From Candidatus Magasanikiibacteriota bacterium (GTDB taxonomy: Bacteria; Patescibacteriota; Patescibacteriia; Magasanikbacterales; GWA2-37-8), in contig JAPLWQ010000003.1 of the NCBI GenBank assembly GCA_026396515.1, positions 291,569 to 355,568 on the forward strand: a stretch of 64,000 nucleotides of DNA. Reading direction: 5' to 3'. The position numbers and the translations under genes were made by a program. The notes under the pieces are model-generated. The model did not search any database, was not told the origin of the DNA, and saw nothing but the letters and a program-made list of their open reading frames with translations. Below, piece by piece: positions 9,953-19,459 of the stretch (positions within the stretch are counted from its first letter, which is position 1; every line of letters starts with the position of its first letter).

Positions 9953-12163
9953 ATGAAAAAACTACTGACTACAATACTAACACTGGGCATACTACTCCCC
10001 TCTTCTTATGTTTTTGCCGAGGCTGAATTTAATCCGCATTTTATCATCTCCGATGAAGAGCTGCAAAAATGCGAAGAATGGTCAGTTCGCGATATTCAGT
10101 CATTTCTAGACAGTAAAGGAAGCTACCTGGCGAATTTTCGGGGTGAAGATGTAAGCGGTACGATAAAAACCGCGGCTGAAATAATATATGATTCAGCTAT
10201 TCGCAATCAAATTAGTGCGAAATTTTTGCTTGTTACTTTACAAAAAGAGCAGAGTCTAATTACCGACGACGCCCCAAGCCAAAAACAAATGGATTGGGCC
10301 ACGGGTTATGCTGTGTGTGATAGTTGCAGCTTGTCAGATCCCAAGGTTCTTAAATACAAAGGATTTGGCAAACAGGTTGACGGCGCCGCCGGAATAATGC
10401 GCTGGTATTATGATAACCGATTCACGAAAAGCTATATCAAGCAAATGAACACCGAAACAATTATCGACAGCCAACCGGTTACGCCACAAAGTTGGGCCAC
10501 CGCCTTCCTCTACACTTACACCCCCCATCTTCACGGTAATATGAATTTTTGGCGCATATGGAGCAACTGGTTCACCCAATTTTATCCTAATGGCACAATT
10601 GTTCAATCACCTTCCTCAACAGAATATTTTCTGATTGCCGACGGAAAAAAACGCCGCTTCAAAAGCATGACTTCTCTTATTACGCGCGCCGATCCAAAAA
10701 TGGCCGTTAGCATGTCTGAAGCGGATTTACGAAATTACTCAGACGGCCCGGATATCGCATTCCCTAATTATTCCATTTTAAAAACATCTTCCGCTACATA
10801 CCTTGTTGACTATGATTTCATCCGCCCATTTGCCTCCGATGAGGTAGTGCGAATGCTCGGTTATAACCCGCAGGAAATAATTGAGGTGTCAGATAACGAT
10901 TTGGTCGGCTATGTTCTTGGTTCCACTATAACCGCTTCCACCACGGCGCCCCAAGGCGTGGTTTATCAGATAACCGATCTGGGCAATTCATATTATTTAC
11001 TGAAAGATAACATTCTTTACCCCATTGTCGATGCCGATCTGATAAAAACAAATTTTGCCGGAATCACTGTGGAAAAAAAGACAAAAAAGGATATTACGAA
11101 ATATAGCACCGCAAATGAACCGCTAAAATTCGCCGATGGCTCGCTGATAAAAATTAAGGATACCAACCGTTTATATGTTATTGAGAAAGGCAAGAAACGG
11201 CGAATTTCCGATGAAGAAACATTTTCGGCTATGGGTTATAAGAAAGAAAATTTGGTTCAAATAGATTTGGTTTACGCGCTAGCCATTCCCGACGGCGATC
11301 AGGTATATGTAAATAATGCTCTGGCTTCTTCCAAGAGTAAGTTTTTAGGCGATAATGAAGCACCGGTTGAGGATTTATTTAAAACAAAAGTACCGGCTTA
11401 TTTGGTGGCCGAGTATCCTAGTGGAAAAATTATTTCGGGAAAAAGCATTGATCAAAAACGTTCTATTGCATCTCTGACTAAACTTCTCACCACCTATGAG
11501 GCGGTTAATCAGGATTTCAACATTAAAAAATCCATAACTTATTCGGCTAGCAAGCATTCCAGCTATGGCAATCCTCTTAGCCTTATTAACGGAGAAAAAT
11601 TAAATAATATCGATATTCTCTACTCCACACTAGTATCCTCGGTAAATAATGCGGCAAGAATGCTGGCGGAAGCCAGCGGTTTATCGGAAAAAAGACTTAT
11701 TGAAGAAATTGATAAACGGCTCGAAAATTGGGGGGCTGATAATACTAAAATTACGGATGTCACCGGTTTGGACAAAAATAATGAATCCACTCCGCGTGAT
11801 ATGTTAAAAATTTTCGTGAAAGTACTTGGAAACAATACAATTAAAACCGCTCTGAGCGAAACTGAATATACTTTTAAAGAACTGCTGAGTAAAAATAAGG
11901 TCGCAACTCACAACATAAAAAATACCAATCAGCTGATGTTTAACTCAAAAAAACCCTACAGAATTTTGGCGTCAAAAACCGGTTTTACCGATGAGGCCGG
12001 GTCTGTTCTCGCTATGCTTATTGAATCAAAAACTTCAAAAAAACAATATATTATTCTGACTATGGGCAACACAGATTATACTAATCGCTTCGTTGAGCCA
12101 AATCGTCTGGCTGAATGGGCCATTTCTTCTGCATCAACCGCATCAATCGCCGGCGTAAAATAG
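9953..12163 (+). CDS. secreted multidomain protein with C-terminal D-alanyl-D-alanine carboxypeptidase (peptidase S11, PBP5-like) domain
   Basis: Signal peptide (MKKLLTTILTLGILLPSSYVFA). C-terminal SxxK (IASLTKLL) and KTG (ASKTGFTDEAG) active-site motifs. Four internal ~45-aa repeats (Y[YF]L[IV].[DK]GKKRR[IF].S...GY) in the middle and an N-terminal domain of unknown function. The track ORF opens at a TTG at 9932; ATG 9953 is preferred. Confidence 0.7.
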   Translation: MKKLLTTILTLGILLPSSYVFAEAEFNPHFIISDEELQKCEEWSVRDIQSFLDSKGSYLANFRGEDVSGTIKTAAEIIYDSAIRNQISAKFLLVTLQKEQSLITDDAPSQKQMDWATGYAVCDSCSLSDPKVLKYKGFGKQVDGAAGIMRWYYDNRFTKSYIKQMNTETIIDSQPVTPQSWATAFLYTYTPHLHGNMNFWRIWSNWFTQFYPNGTIVQSPSSTEYFLIADGKKRRFKSMTSLITRADPKMAVSMSEADLRNYSDGPDIAFPNYSILKTSSATYLVDYDFIRPFASDEVVRMLGYNPQEIIEVSDNDLVGYVLGSTITASTTAPQGVVYQITDLGNSYYLLKDNILYPIVDADLIKTNFAGITVEKKTKKDITKYSTANEPLKFADGSLIKIKDTNRLYVIEKGKKRRISDEETFSAMGYKKENLVQIDLVYALAIPDGDQVYVNNALASSKSKFLGDNEAPVEDLFKTKVPAYLVAEYPSGKIISGKSIDQKRSIASLTKLLTTYEAVNQDFNIKKSITYSASKHSSYGNPLSLINGEKLNNIDILYSTLVSSVNNAARMLAEASGLSEKRLIEEIDKRLENWGADNTKITDVTGLDKNNESTPRDMLKIFVKVLGNNTIKTALSETEYTFKELLSKNKVATHNIKNTNQLMFNSKKPYRILASKTGFTDEAGSVLAMLIESKTSKKQYIILTMGNTDYTNRFVEPNRLAEWAISSASTASIAGVK

Positions 12164-12171
12164 CTTATCTT

Positions 12172-12963
12172 ATGTCTTTAGTATTTGCGGCCATTACCCC
12201 TCATCCTCCCCTGCTAATTCCAAGCATTGGAAAAGACGAGCTGCGCAAGGTGGCCAAAACCAAACAAGCAATGGATGACCTTGAAGAGCAGCTTTACGCC
12301 GCTCACCCGGATGCTATAGTAATCATTTCTCCGCACGGAAGTTTTTTTCCGGACGTTTTTACTATTAATTATTGCACCGAATATTATTCCGACTTGAAAC
12401 AATTTGGCGATCTTTCGACCAAGTTGAAGTTTAGCGGCGACTTTGAGCTTGCTCATCGTTTGCGCGACGCTACAAAACGGGAACATTTACCCGCCACGAT
12501 GATTAGCGAAGAGAAATTGGATCATGGCGCTATCGTACCGCTTTACTATTTAACCAGGCATTTGCCAAACTGCAAAATAATTCAGCTGGGATTCTGCAAT
12601 CTTGATTATAAAACGCATTTGGAATTTGGGGCTTTACTAAAAGAGGAAATTTTTAAATTAAATAAACGCATCGCTGTTGTCGCCTCCGGAGACATGTCCC
12701 ACGCGCTATCCAATGACGCGCCGGCCGGATTTAACAAGCACGGACAGGAATTTGACGCTAAAATGCGGGAACTCTTAATGGCAAAAAATCTTGCCGGTAT
12801 TCTGAAGATGGATGCAGGTTTTGTGGAGCAGGCGGCCGAATGCGGTCTCAGGTCAATATTGATCCTGCTCGGAATGCTGCAAAATATACGCTATGATTAT
12901 CGTGAGTTGTCATACGAGGGTCCGTTTGGCGTGGGATACCTGACTTCACAATTTATTTTCTGA
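12172..12963 (+). CDS. class III extradiol dioxygenase family protein (LigB/YgiD/MEMO1-like)
   Basis: Conserved blocks AIVIISPHG, DHGAIVPL and VVASGDMSHAL align with LigB-family (YgiD-type) signature regions. Start set at ATG 12172 because the track ORF's 5' extension overlaps the upstream gene. Confidence 0.6.
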   Translation: MSLVFAAITPHPPLLIPSIGKDELRKVAKTKQAMDDLEEQLYAAHPDAIVIISPHGSFFPDVFTINYCTEYYSDLKQFGDLSTKLKFSGDFELAHRLRDATKREHLPATMISEEKLDHGAIVPLYYLTRHLPNCKIIQLGFCNLDYKTHLEFGALLKEEIFKLNKRIAVVASGDMSHALSNDAPAGFNKHGQEFDAKMRELLMAKNLAGILKMDAGFVEQAAECGLRSILILLGMLQNIRYDYRELSYEGPFGVGYLTSQFIF

Positions 12964-12964
12964 T

Positions 12965-14839
12965 ATGATTGCCGAAATAGTGCCAATAACCAGGCTTCCG
13001 CTCAACCTGCCCTTTCTTGACTATACAATTCCCATAAATTTCAGGGGTGTCATTATTCCAGGACAGCTTGTCACAATACCTTTTAGGAAGAAAACCGCTT
13101 TCGGTATTGTTTTATCACTGCGCGAAGAATCAAATATTGCGAATGCTAAACTGAAGGAAATTTCTTCTCTTGTTTCAACCGAGCCTTTTATCTCGGAAAA
13201 TTTAATCAACTTTAACAGGGAAATCGCGGATTTTTACCGAGCATCGCTCGGTTTTGTTTTAAAATCAGCCCTGCTTCCTTTACAAAAAAGAAAAATTTTA
13301 AAAGCAGCTGAAGCGCTTGTAAAAATGCCTGCTCAAAAAATTCAAACTCCTCAGAAACCGACCTTTATCGCCTATAATTCCAAAGAAGAACTTGCTAAAA
13401 ACATCGAAAAAATTTGTACGAGCAGCGGCCAACGATTAATACTCGTACCTGAAACATATCAAATTGCACAAATTCTGGAGCTTGCAGCAGGAGCAACAAA
13501 GGATGAACCGATTATTATATCGGGCGATATGGGGGAAAAAGAGTATTTTGAAAAGTGGCTTCGCGTACGCAATGAAGCAGATACATTAGTAATTGGCACA
13601 AGAAAAGCACTGTGGCTTCCCTGGATAAATTTGTCGGAGATTGCAGTAGAAGACGAGGGTAACAGCGCCTATAAAAGCTGGGATATGGCTCCGCGTTATC
13701 ATGCGCGAGAGGCGGCCATAATGCTGGCTAAATATACGGGCTCAAAAATTTTTCTTATGTCTGCCGCGCCATCGGTGGAAAGCTATTATTTTACGCAAAA
13801 TAAAATATATGACGGTTTTACCGCGCTTAAAAAAATCTCTTCTCCTTCACCAATTTTTTGTGATGTTCGTTCAGAATCAAAAGGCGGCAACAAACTTCCC
13901 ATCTGCGAAGAAATTATAGCACGATTAAAAAATTTGAACTCTTTAGCTTTTATTTTAGTGAACCGCAGAGGAACGGCCGGCACTGTACTATGCCGGGACT
14001 GCGGCTTAATTTTTAAATGCGAACAGTGCGGCCGACCCAATGCGTTCTATAAAAAAGACAACTTAATTTCATGCCATTTTTGCGGTATAAAACGCCCTCT
14101 GCCCTTAACCTGCCCATCGTGTAATGGAGCAAATTTCCATCTTTGCGGGATCGGCACGCAAGGTATGGCTGAGGCGGTAAAAAGTATTGTAAAAAAAGAC
14201 ACTGACGTTATTGTAATCGATTCGGAAAATACCGCCGACTTGTCAAAATTGTCTGAAATAAAAAATGGAGTAATAATCGGTACGGAATATGCCTGGCCCT
14301 ATATTGACTGGGTGAAAACTGAGACCATAATATTGGCTGACGCCGAGTCCTCTCTAATTTCAGCTGAGTTCAAAGCCACGGAAGATTTATGGCAAACCAT
14401 CCGACGAATTCAGCTTAAGGCCCGCACTGAAGCCGCTTTTTATATTCAAACATCAACCATCGATCATCCCGTCTTTTCCGGTATTTATGAACCGGCAAAA
14501 TTTTACGAAACAGTATTGCGGGAGAGGAAATTATTCGGTTATCCTCCTTACAATTATATAATTCGCCTTTATCTAGGGTCGCCTTTTATGCAGGCGGGTG
14601 AGAAAGAAGCTGCCTCAACTGCGGCGACGCTCATCAGCTTGACTAAAAAGTATCCTGATGTTAAGATATTGGGTCCAATTAGCGCTTTTCCACCTTTTTA
14701 TCGAGCCCGCTACTGGCAGGTAATAATAGTAAAATTGAGCTATTCAAATTACAAAAAGAGGGCAAAAGAACTGCTTTCGTCGGTTTCAAATGAATGGAAA
14801 ATTGACCCGAATCCAAATAATCTAATTTCAATCGCCTAA
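12965..14839 (+). CDS. priA: primosomal protein N' (PriA)-like, with apparently degenerate ATPase motifs
   Basis: N-terminal 3'-DNA-binding-like domain, PriA-type Cys-rich zinc-binding region (CRDCG...CEQCG...CHFCG...CPSCN), and helicase-core blocks (LILVPETYQIAQ, LVIGTRKALW). The position of Walker A GxxGSGKT reads AYNSKEEL, and the DEEH box reads VEDEGN. Confidence 0.7.
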   Translation: MIAEIVPITRLPLNLPFLDYTIPINFRGVIIPGQLVTIPFRKKTAFGIVLSLREESNIANAKLKEISSLVSTEPFISENLINFNREIADFYRASLGFVLKSALLPLQKRKILKAAEALVKMPAQKIQTPQKPTFIAYNSKEELAKNIEKICTSSGQRLILVPETYQIAQILELAAGATKDEPIIISGDMGEKEYFEKWLRVRNEADTLVIGTRKALWLPWINLSEIAVEDEGNSAYKSWDMAPRYHAREAAIMLAKYTGSKIFLMSAAPSVESYYFTQNKIYDGFTALKKISSPSPIFCDVRSESKGGNKLPICEEIIARLKNLNSLAFILVNRRGTAGTVLCRDCGLIFKCEQCGRPNAFYKKDNLISCHFCGIKRPLPLTCPSCNGANFHLCGIGTQGMAEAVKSIVKKDTDVIVIDSENTADLSKLSEIKNGVIIGTEYAWPYIDWVKTETIILADAESSLISAEFKATEDLWQTIRRIQLKARTEAAFYIQTSTIDHPVFSGIYEPAKFYETVLRERKLFGYPPYNYIIRLYLGSPFMQAGEKEAASTAATLISLTKKYPDVKILGPISAFPPFYRARYWQVIIVKLSYSNYKKRAKELLSSVSNEWKIDPNPNNLISIA

Positions 14840-14843
14840 AGCT

Positions 14844-15332
14844 ATGGTGCTAAATATTTTAACCGATCCAAATCCTATTTTACGAACTCCCGGCCGGGAA
14901 GTAACGGCGGCTGATTTGTCGGACAAAAATTTCAAAATATTTGTTAACGATCTCAAAGAAACGATGCGCGGACGAGACGGGGTCGGTATAGCCGCCCCAC
15001 AGGTTGGACAATCAATAAAAGTTTGCATTATCGCCAAAGAATACGCCGGGGATAATATGGACGACTTGATTTTGGTAAATCCGGTCTGGGAAAAAAAATC
15101 GATAAAACGCTTTTGGGGCGAAGAGGGATGTCTGTCTGTGCCTGAAATATTTGGGAAAGTAAAGCGTTATAAAAAAATTTCAATTAGTGCGATGAATTTA
15201 TCAGGCAAGCCAATCAAGATAGAGGCCGAGGATTTTTTCGCCAGAATTGTACAGCATGAAATAGACCATCTAAACGGTATATTGTTTATTGATAAAGCAA
15301 AAGACTTGTATCGTGAGGATAAAAAATTATGA
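14844..15332 (+). CDS. def: peptide deformylase
   Basis: Motifs GVGIAAPQVG, EGCLSVP and HEIDHLNG. Confidence 0.9.
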   Translation: MVLNILTDPNPILRTPGREVTAADLSDKNFKIFVNDLKETMRGRDGVGIAAPQVGQSIKVCIIAKEYAGDNMDDLILVNPVWEKKSIKRFWGEEGCLSVPEIFGKVKRYKKISISAMNLSGKPIKIEAEDFFARIVQHEIDHLNGILFIDKAKDLYREDKKL

Positions 15333-16252
15333 TCAAAGTAGTCTTTTACGGAACTGATAATTTTGCAAAAACGATACTAAATAATATTTGTAAATCCGCT
15401 GATTTTAAGATTCTGTGTGTTATTACACGCCCGGATAAACCATCAGGAAGAAATAGGGAAGTTGTTTCTTCACCGGTTAAAATTTTGGCGGAAAAAAATC
15501 ATTTGGAAATTTGTCAACCCGAAATCCTTAAGGAATTTGATTTAGACCATTTACATAATGCCGACTTGGCAATTGTGGCTGAATACGGATTAATTATCCC
15601 CGAACGGCTTCTGAATTTTCCCAAATTTGGAACTGTCAATCTGCATGGCTCAATATTGCCGAAATACCGAGGCGCATCCCCTATTCAAACAGCTATTTTA
15701 AACGGTGATTCCGTAACCGGAGTTACACTAATGCTGATGGATAAAAAAATGGACCACGGGCCGATCATTTCCGGTATTCAAACTCCTATTGATCAAGACG
15801 AACTATTTACTTCCCTGTATTTACGCCTGTCTAACCTTGCTTCTGAACTTTTTTTGAAGGATATAGTAAGGTATTTAAATGGAGAAATTAAACCGATAGC
15901 TCAAGATGATTCTTTGGCCACATATTGCAAAATACTTAGTCGGGACGATGGCAAGATTGATTTTTCAAAAAATGCAATAACGATTTATAATCAATACCGC
16001 GCTTTTACTCCTTGGCCCGGCGTATGGGCTATGAATAATAAAAGACGAATCAAATTTGATGAGATAAGTATCGCCCAAATAAGCTATCTTTCCGAGGGCT
16101 TTGTGAATTCAAAGGAAAATAGAATATTTATCGGCTGCGGCCAAAATAGCGCCATTGAAATAAAAAGTTTGCAAATCGAGGGAAAGAAAATGCTTCCTGC
16201 TGTTGATTTTCTGCGAGGTGAAAGAGATTTTGGCTCGGCGAGGCTCAACTAA
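15329..16252 (+). CDS. fmt: methionyl-tRNA formyltransferase
   Basis: N-terminal formyltransferase domain with HGSILPKYRGASPIQ motif. ATGA start/stop overlap with def. Confidence 0.9.
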   Translation: MIKVVFYGTDNFAKTILNNICKSADFKILCVITRPDKPSGRNREVVSSPVKILAEKNHLEICQPEILKEFDLDHLHNADLAIVAEYGLIIPERLLNFPKFGTVNLHGSILPKYRGASPIQTAILNGDSVTGVTLMLMDKKMDHGPIISGIQTPIDQDELFTSLYLRLSNLASELFLKDIVRYLNGEIKPIAQDDSLATYCKILSRDDGKIDFSKNAITIYNQYRAFTPWPGVWAMNNKRRIKFDEISIAQISYLSEGFVNSKENRIFIGCGQNSAIEIKSLQIEGKKMLPAVDFLRGERDFGSARLN

Positions 16253-16258
16253 TCACTT

Positions 16259-17737
16259 ATGATGAATCGAAAACAATTTTTTTTCTTTTTTTCGATATAT
16301 TTTCTAATCAGGGTTTTTTCTTTTTATTTTAATCCGCCGACTCCCCTGCTGCATGGTTCAACGATTAATACGGCCTTATCGCTTATCATTTTAGGTTTGG
16401 CTTCATATTGGATGATAAAAGGCGACTTGCGCGGATGGCTAATTGTTGCCGCAGAAATAGTCTTTTGCGGCAGCGGAAATATTTTATCAATTTTTAGCGT
16501 GTCTTTACGTACCGCGCTTTTAGCCGCGTCTTTATCAATATATTTTGTTCGTGCATGGAGAAAGGACAAGCTCAACTCTATAATCCGTTTCAAGCTGCCA
16601 AATATACTTATTTTTTTATTAATCGACTGGGCCGCTATCGCTGCGGTTATCGGCGCATGGCACGGACATCAAATTTCTCTGATATTTTCCGATTTCATCC
16701 CCTATTTATTTTTTCTCTACTATTTTCCCTTAGTTGCATTGCTCAAAAGCGACAAATTTAAAGCCATTTGCTTTAACATGCTTATAGCGGCGATTGTTGC
16801 TAACGCATTTTTTGTTATTTGTTCGTTCATCGCATTTTATACCGGACAATCTGTTTTGCAGGACGGCTACTATCATTGGTTCAGAGATGTGGCTCAGGGG
16901 AAAATCACTGTGCTTGGCTACAACTTTTTTCGTATTGTTTTAAATGAGCACCTGGTTCTTGTTCCAATTCTTTTATTTTTCGCCTATCGAAATATGCGGC
17001 GGCCGGACAGGATTAATGATTTATGCATTGTATCGTGTACCGCTCTACTTTCCCTGAATTTAACGCGAATTTATCTTCTGGCGTTACTGGCCGGTCTATT
17101 TATTCTATTTTCGAAAAAATACTTAAGACAGTGGCTATTAAATTCCTTCATTCTATTGTCCTGCATTTTTATTTTTTATACCGGCTTTTCTCTATTATCC
17201 AGCAAGGGGCAGAACCCGGGCTGGTCGTATTTCGGATTTCGCGCCTTTAGCATCGTCATGCCTGAAACAGAATTTAGTTCGCTTTCAAGGATGATTTTAC
17301 TGCCGCAGATATTGTATAAAATTCAGCTGGCTCCAATTTTCGGGCACGGACTCGGAGACACGGTCACGGTTCACAGCAACTATTTTAGCGGGTCAATCAT
17401 TACAACGCCACAGTTTGATTGGGGCTTTCTGGAAATTATTGACGAAACAGGCGCGATTGGTTTTATTTTATGGTTGGCCATAATTTTTTATATTTTAAGA
17501 GTCAGCAAAAAAAATATGGGCGATTTTCGCCCATTATATGCGTCAATTTTATCGGCTCTACTTATCATTAATATTACTTCTCCGGCGCTTTTCCATGTGC
17601 TGGGAATAATTACGCTTACGCTTCTTATGGCTCTAGGCCGTGCTTTTTCCGCACCACCGACCGGGACTCTTCAAAGCGAAGAACCTCTTTTGATTTCCAA
17701 CGAAGACGGAAAGCAAACTTTGGCATCCACCGGCTAA
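16259..17737 (+). CDS. polytopic membrane protein, O-antigen ligase/polymerase (Wzy/WaaL)-like
   Basis: About 11-12 predicted TM helices with a larger loop in the C-terminal half. Sits next to a flippase and glycosyltransferases. The 3' ~110 nt overlaps the convergent GT2 gene, so the C-terminal tail is uncertain. Confidence 0.5.
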   Translation: MMNRKQFFFFFSIYFLIRVFSFYFNPPTPLLHGSTINTALSLIILGLASYWMIKGDLRGWLIVAAEIVFCGSGNILSIFSVSLRTALLAASLSIYFVRAWRKDKLNSIIRFKLPNILIFLLIDWAAIAAVIGAWHGHQISLIFSDFIPYLFFLYYFPLVALLKSDKFKAICFNMLIAAIVANAFFVICSFIAFYTGQSVLQDGYYHWFRDVAQGKITVLGYNFFRIVLNEHLVLVPILLFFAYRNMRRPDRINDLCIVSCTALLSLNLTRIYLLALLAGLFILFSKKYLRQWLLNSFILLSCIFIFYTGFSLLSSKGQNPGWSYFGFRAFSIVMPETEFSSLSRMILLPQILYKIQLAPIFGHGLGDTVTVHSNYFSGSIITTPQFDWGFLEIIDETGAIGFILWLAIIFYILRVSKKNMGDFRPLYASILSALLIINITSPALFHVLGIITLTLLMALGRAFSAPPTGTLQSEEPLLISNEDGKQTLASTG

Positions 17738-18341
17738 TACCGGAACGGCCAGCCACAATTTTTTTGTAAAGCAACTCCGGCAAACAAAGGCCGGTTTTAT
17801 TTTTTTCAAGCATAGTCAACCACATATCCCAATCCTGAAATCTATTTATTGTCTCATCAAATCCGGGGAAATCATTTCTTCTAATTAATGCGGTGACATC
17901 AATATAATTGTTGGATTTTAATTTAGCCGCGTCAAATATCATCGGCTTCATTATTTTCCACCCATACTTGAAGCCGCTGTAAACGTAGGAAACAGCAGGG
18001 TTTTTATCAAGAGCCAATTTCATTTTTTTTATCAGATCTTTATCGGCAATTGTGTCGGCATCAAAAAAAATTACATATTCGCCCTTAGAGAAGGCATACC
18101 CGCGGTTTCTTGCCGCCGGAGCACCTTTGTTTTCCTGCTCGACTACAAAAATATTGCATGCTCCAAATTTTTTATCCTGAAGAATACTATCAATAACATC
18201 CTTAAAATTATCAGTACTACCATCATTAACAATGATAATTTCTATCGGGGAATATGTCTGCCGGCGCAGTGAATCAAGCGAACGCCTAAGCATCTTGGCG
18301 TGATTATATACCGGCATTATTACACTGACTAACTCATTCAT
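17625..18341 (-). CDS. family 2 glycosyltransferase
   Basis: VSVIMPVYNHAKMLRRSLDSLRRQTY...IIIVNDGSTD and DxD (FFDADT) motifs. Confidence 0.8.
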   Translation of the reverse strand: MNELVSVIMPVYNHAKMLRRSLDSLRRQTYSPIEIIIVNDGSTDNFKDVIDSILQDKKFGACNIFVVEQENKGAPAARNRGYAFSKGEYVIFFDADTIADKDLIKKMKLALDKNPAVSYVYSGFKYGWKIMKPMIFDAAKLKSNNYIDVTALIRRNDFPGFDETINRFQDWDMWLTMLEKNKTGLCLPELLYKKIVAGRSGISRWMPKFAFRLRWKSKEVLRFEESRSVVRKKHGLEP

Positions 18342-18346
18342 AATAT

Positions 18347-19459
18347 TTACTGAGTAATTTTTGCCGCCTGCTTTTCCCAGGTAAAATCCTGAAGCACCCG
18401 TTCTCTTCCGGCACGCCCCATCTGCCTGGCGTAATCACTTTTTAAAAGTAATTCCGCGACGGCAGAAACTACTTGTGTGTCCTGATAAGTATCAACCAGA
18501 AGCCCGGTTACCAAATTTTCAACCGCTTCATCAACACCGCCGACACTGCCGGCTACAACCGGCAGGCCGCAGGCGGCAGCTTCCATAAAAACCGTCCCCC
18601 ACCCTTCTTCGGCCGTTTCGTCCCGGTGGGTTAAAAGCACAAACAAATCGGCTAAATGGTAATAAAGCGGCAATAGTTCATTCTCAATTTGACCTAAAAA
18701 TCGCACCACATTTTGCAGGTTGTTTTTCTGCACCAAATCAATAATCTCCTGCTTCTTTTGCCCATCGCCTATAATAAGCCAGGCGGCATTTGGCACTCGC
18801 TTCAAAATTTGCGGCAATAGACGAATTAAATGGGGAAAACCCTTGCCCTCGGCCAAACGGGAAACTGTAATTATGACTTTTTTACCTTGAAGCGCCAGTT
18901 GAGCCTTTGTTTCCGCGATTATAGATTGATCTACTTCCGCTAAAAAATTGTCCCCCGGCGCCGGATAAACAACGGATACATTTTTCAGGTCGTCGATCCT
19001 TGAAAGCAGTTTATTTTTTAAAAAAATACTGCTGACAATAACTTTTTCCGCATATCGGCAAACCATCGATAATTTACGACGCTTCTTCTTTAAACCAACT
19101 TCCAGATCACTGCCGTGCATAAAAATATAATACGGCACTTTCATCGACTTCATAATTAGAAAACCGATATATCCGGCTGGCAAAACATGCTGTATCATCA
19201 GACGTCCAATTTTTTGCCTCTTTACAATTTTTCTAACCTGCCAGTACATCCTTATCCAGCGCGGCCAAAAAAACGAAAAATACGGCTTCATTCTAAATAC
19301 TCGCCAGCCATTTTTTCCGTCATAGAGCGCATCCCCTTTCATTTTTGGCGCGTATACAAATGTTTCCTGCGCTGGCAGGTGTGATGCTAAATTATTGACG
19401 TAAGATGCGATCCCGCCGACTTGCGGAGGGTATTCAAGCGTTATTATCAATGTTTTCAT
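18347..19459 (-). CDS. family 4 (GT-B) glycosyltransferase
   Basis: C-terminal GT1/GT4 donor-binding region (EGKGFPHLI...LIIGDGQ...EGWGTVFMEAAACGLPVV). Confidence 0.8.
   Translation of the reverse strand: MKTLIITLEYPPQVGGIASYVNNLASHLPAQETFVYAPKMKGDALYDGKNGWRVFRMKPYFSFFWPRWIRMYWQVRKIVKRQKIGRLMIQHVLPAGYIGFLIMKSMKVPYYIFMHGSDLEVGLKKKRRKLSMVCRYAEKVIVSSIFLKNKLLSRIDDLKNVSVVYPAPGDNFLAEVDQSIIAETKAQLALQGKKVIITVSRLAEGKGFPHLIRLLPQILKRVPNAAWLIIGDGQKKQEIIDLVQKNNLQNVVRFLGQIENELLPLYYHLADLFVLLTHRDETAEEGWGTVFMEAAACGLPVVAGSVGGVDEAVENLVTGLLVDTYQDTQVVSAVAELLLKSDYARQMGRAGRERVLQDFTWEKQAAKITQ

Noticed and set aside
12115-12171. N-terminal extension of the LigB-like ORF (MGHFFCINRINRRRKIAYL...)
   Set aside because: It overlaps the 3' end of the upstream carboxypeptidase gene in another frame. 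The conserved family sequence begins at the ATG at 12172.
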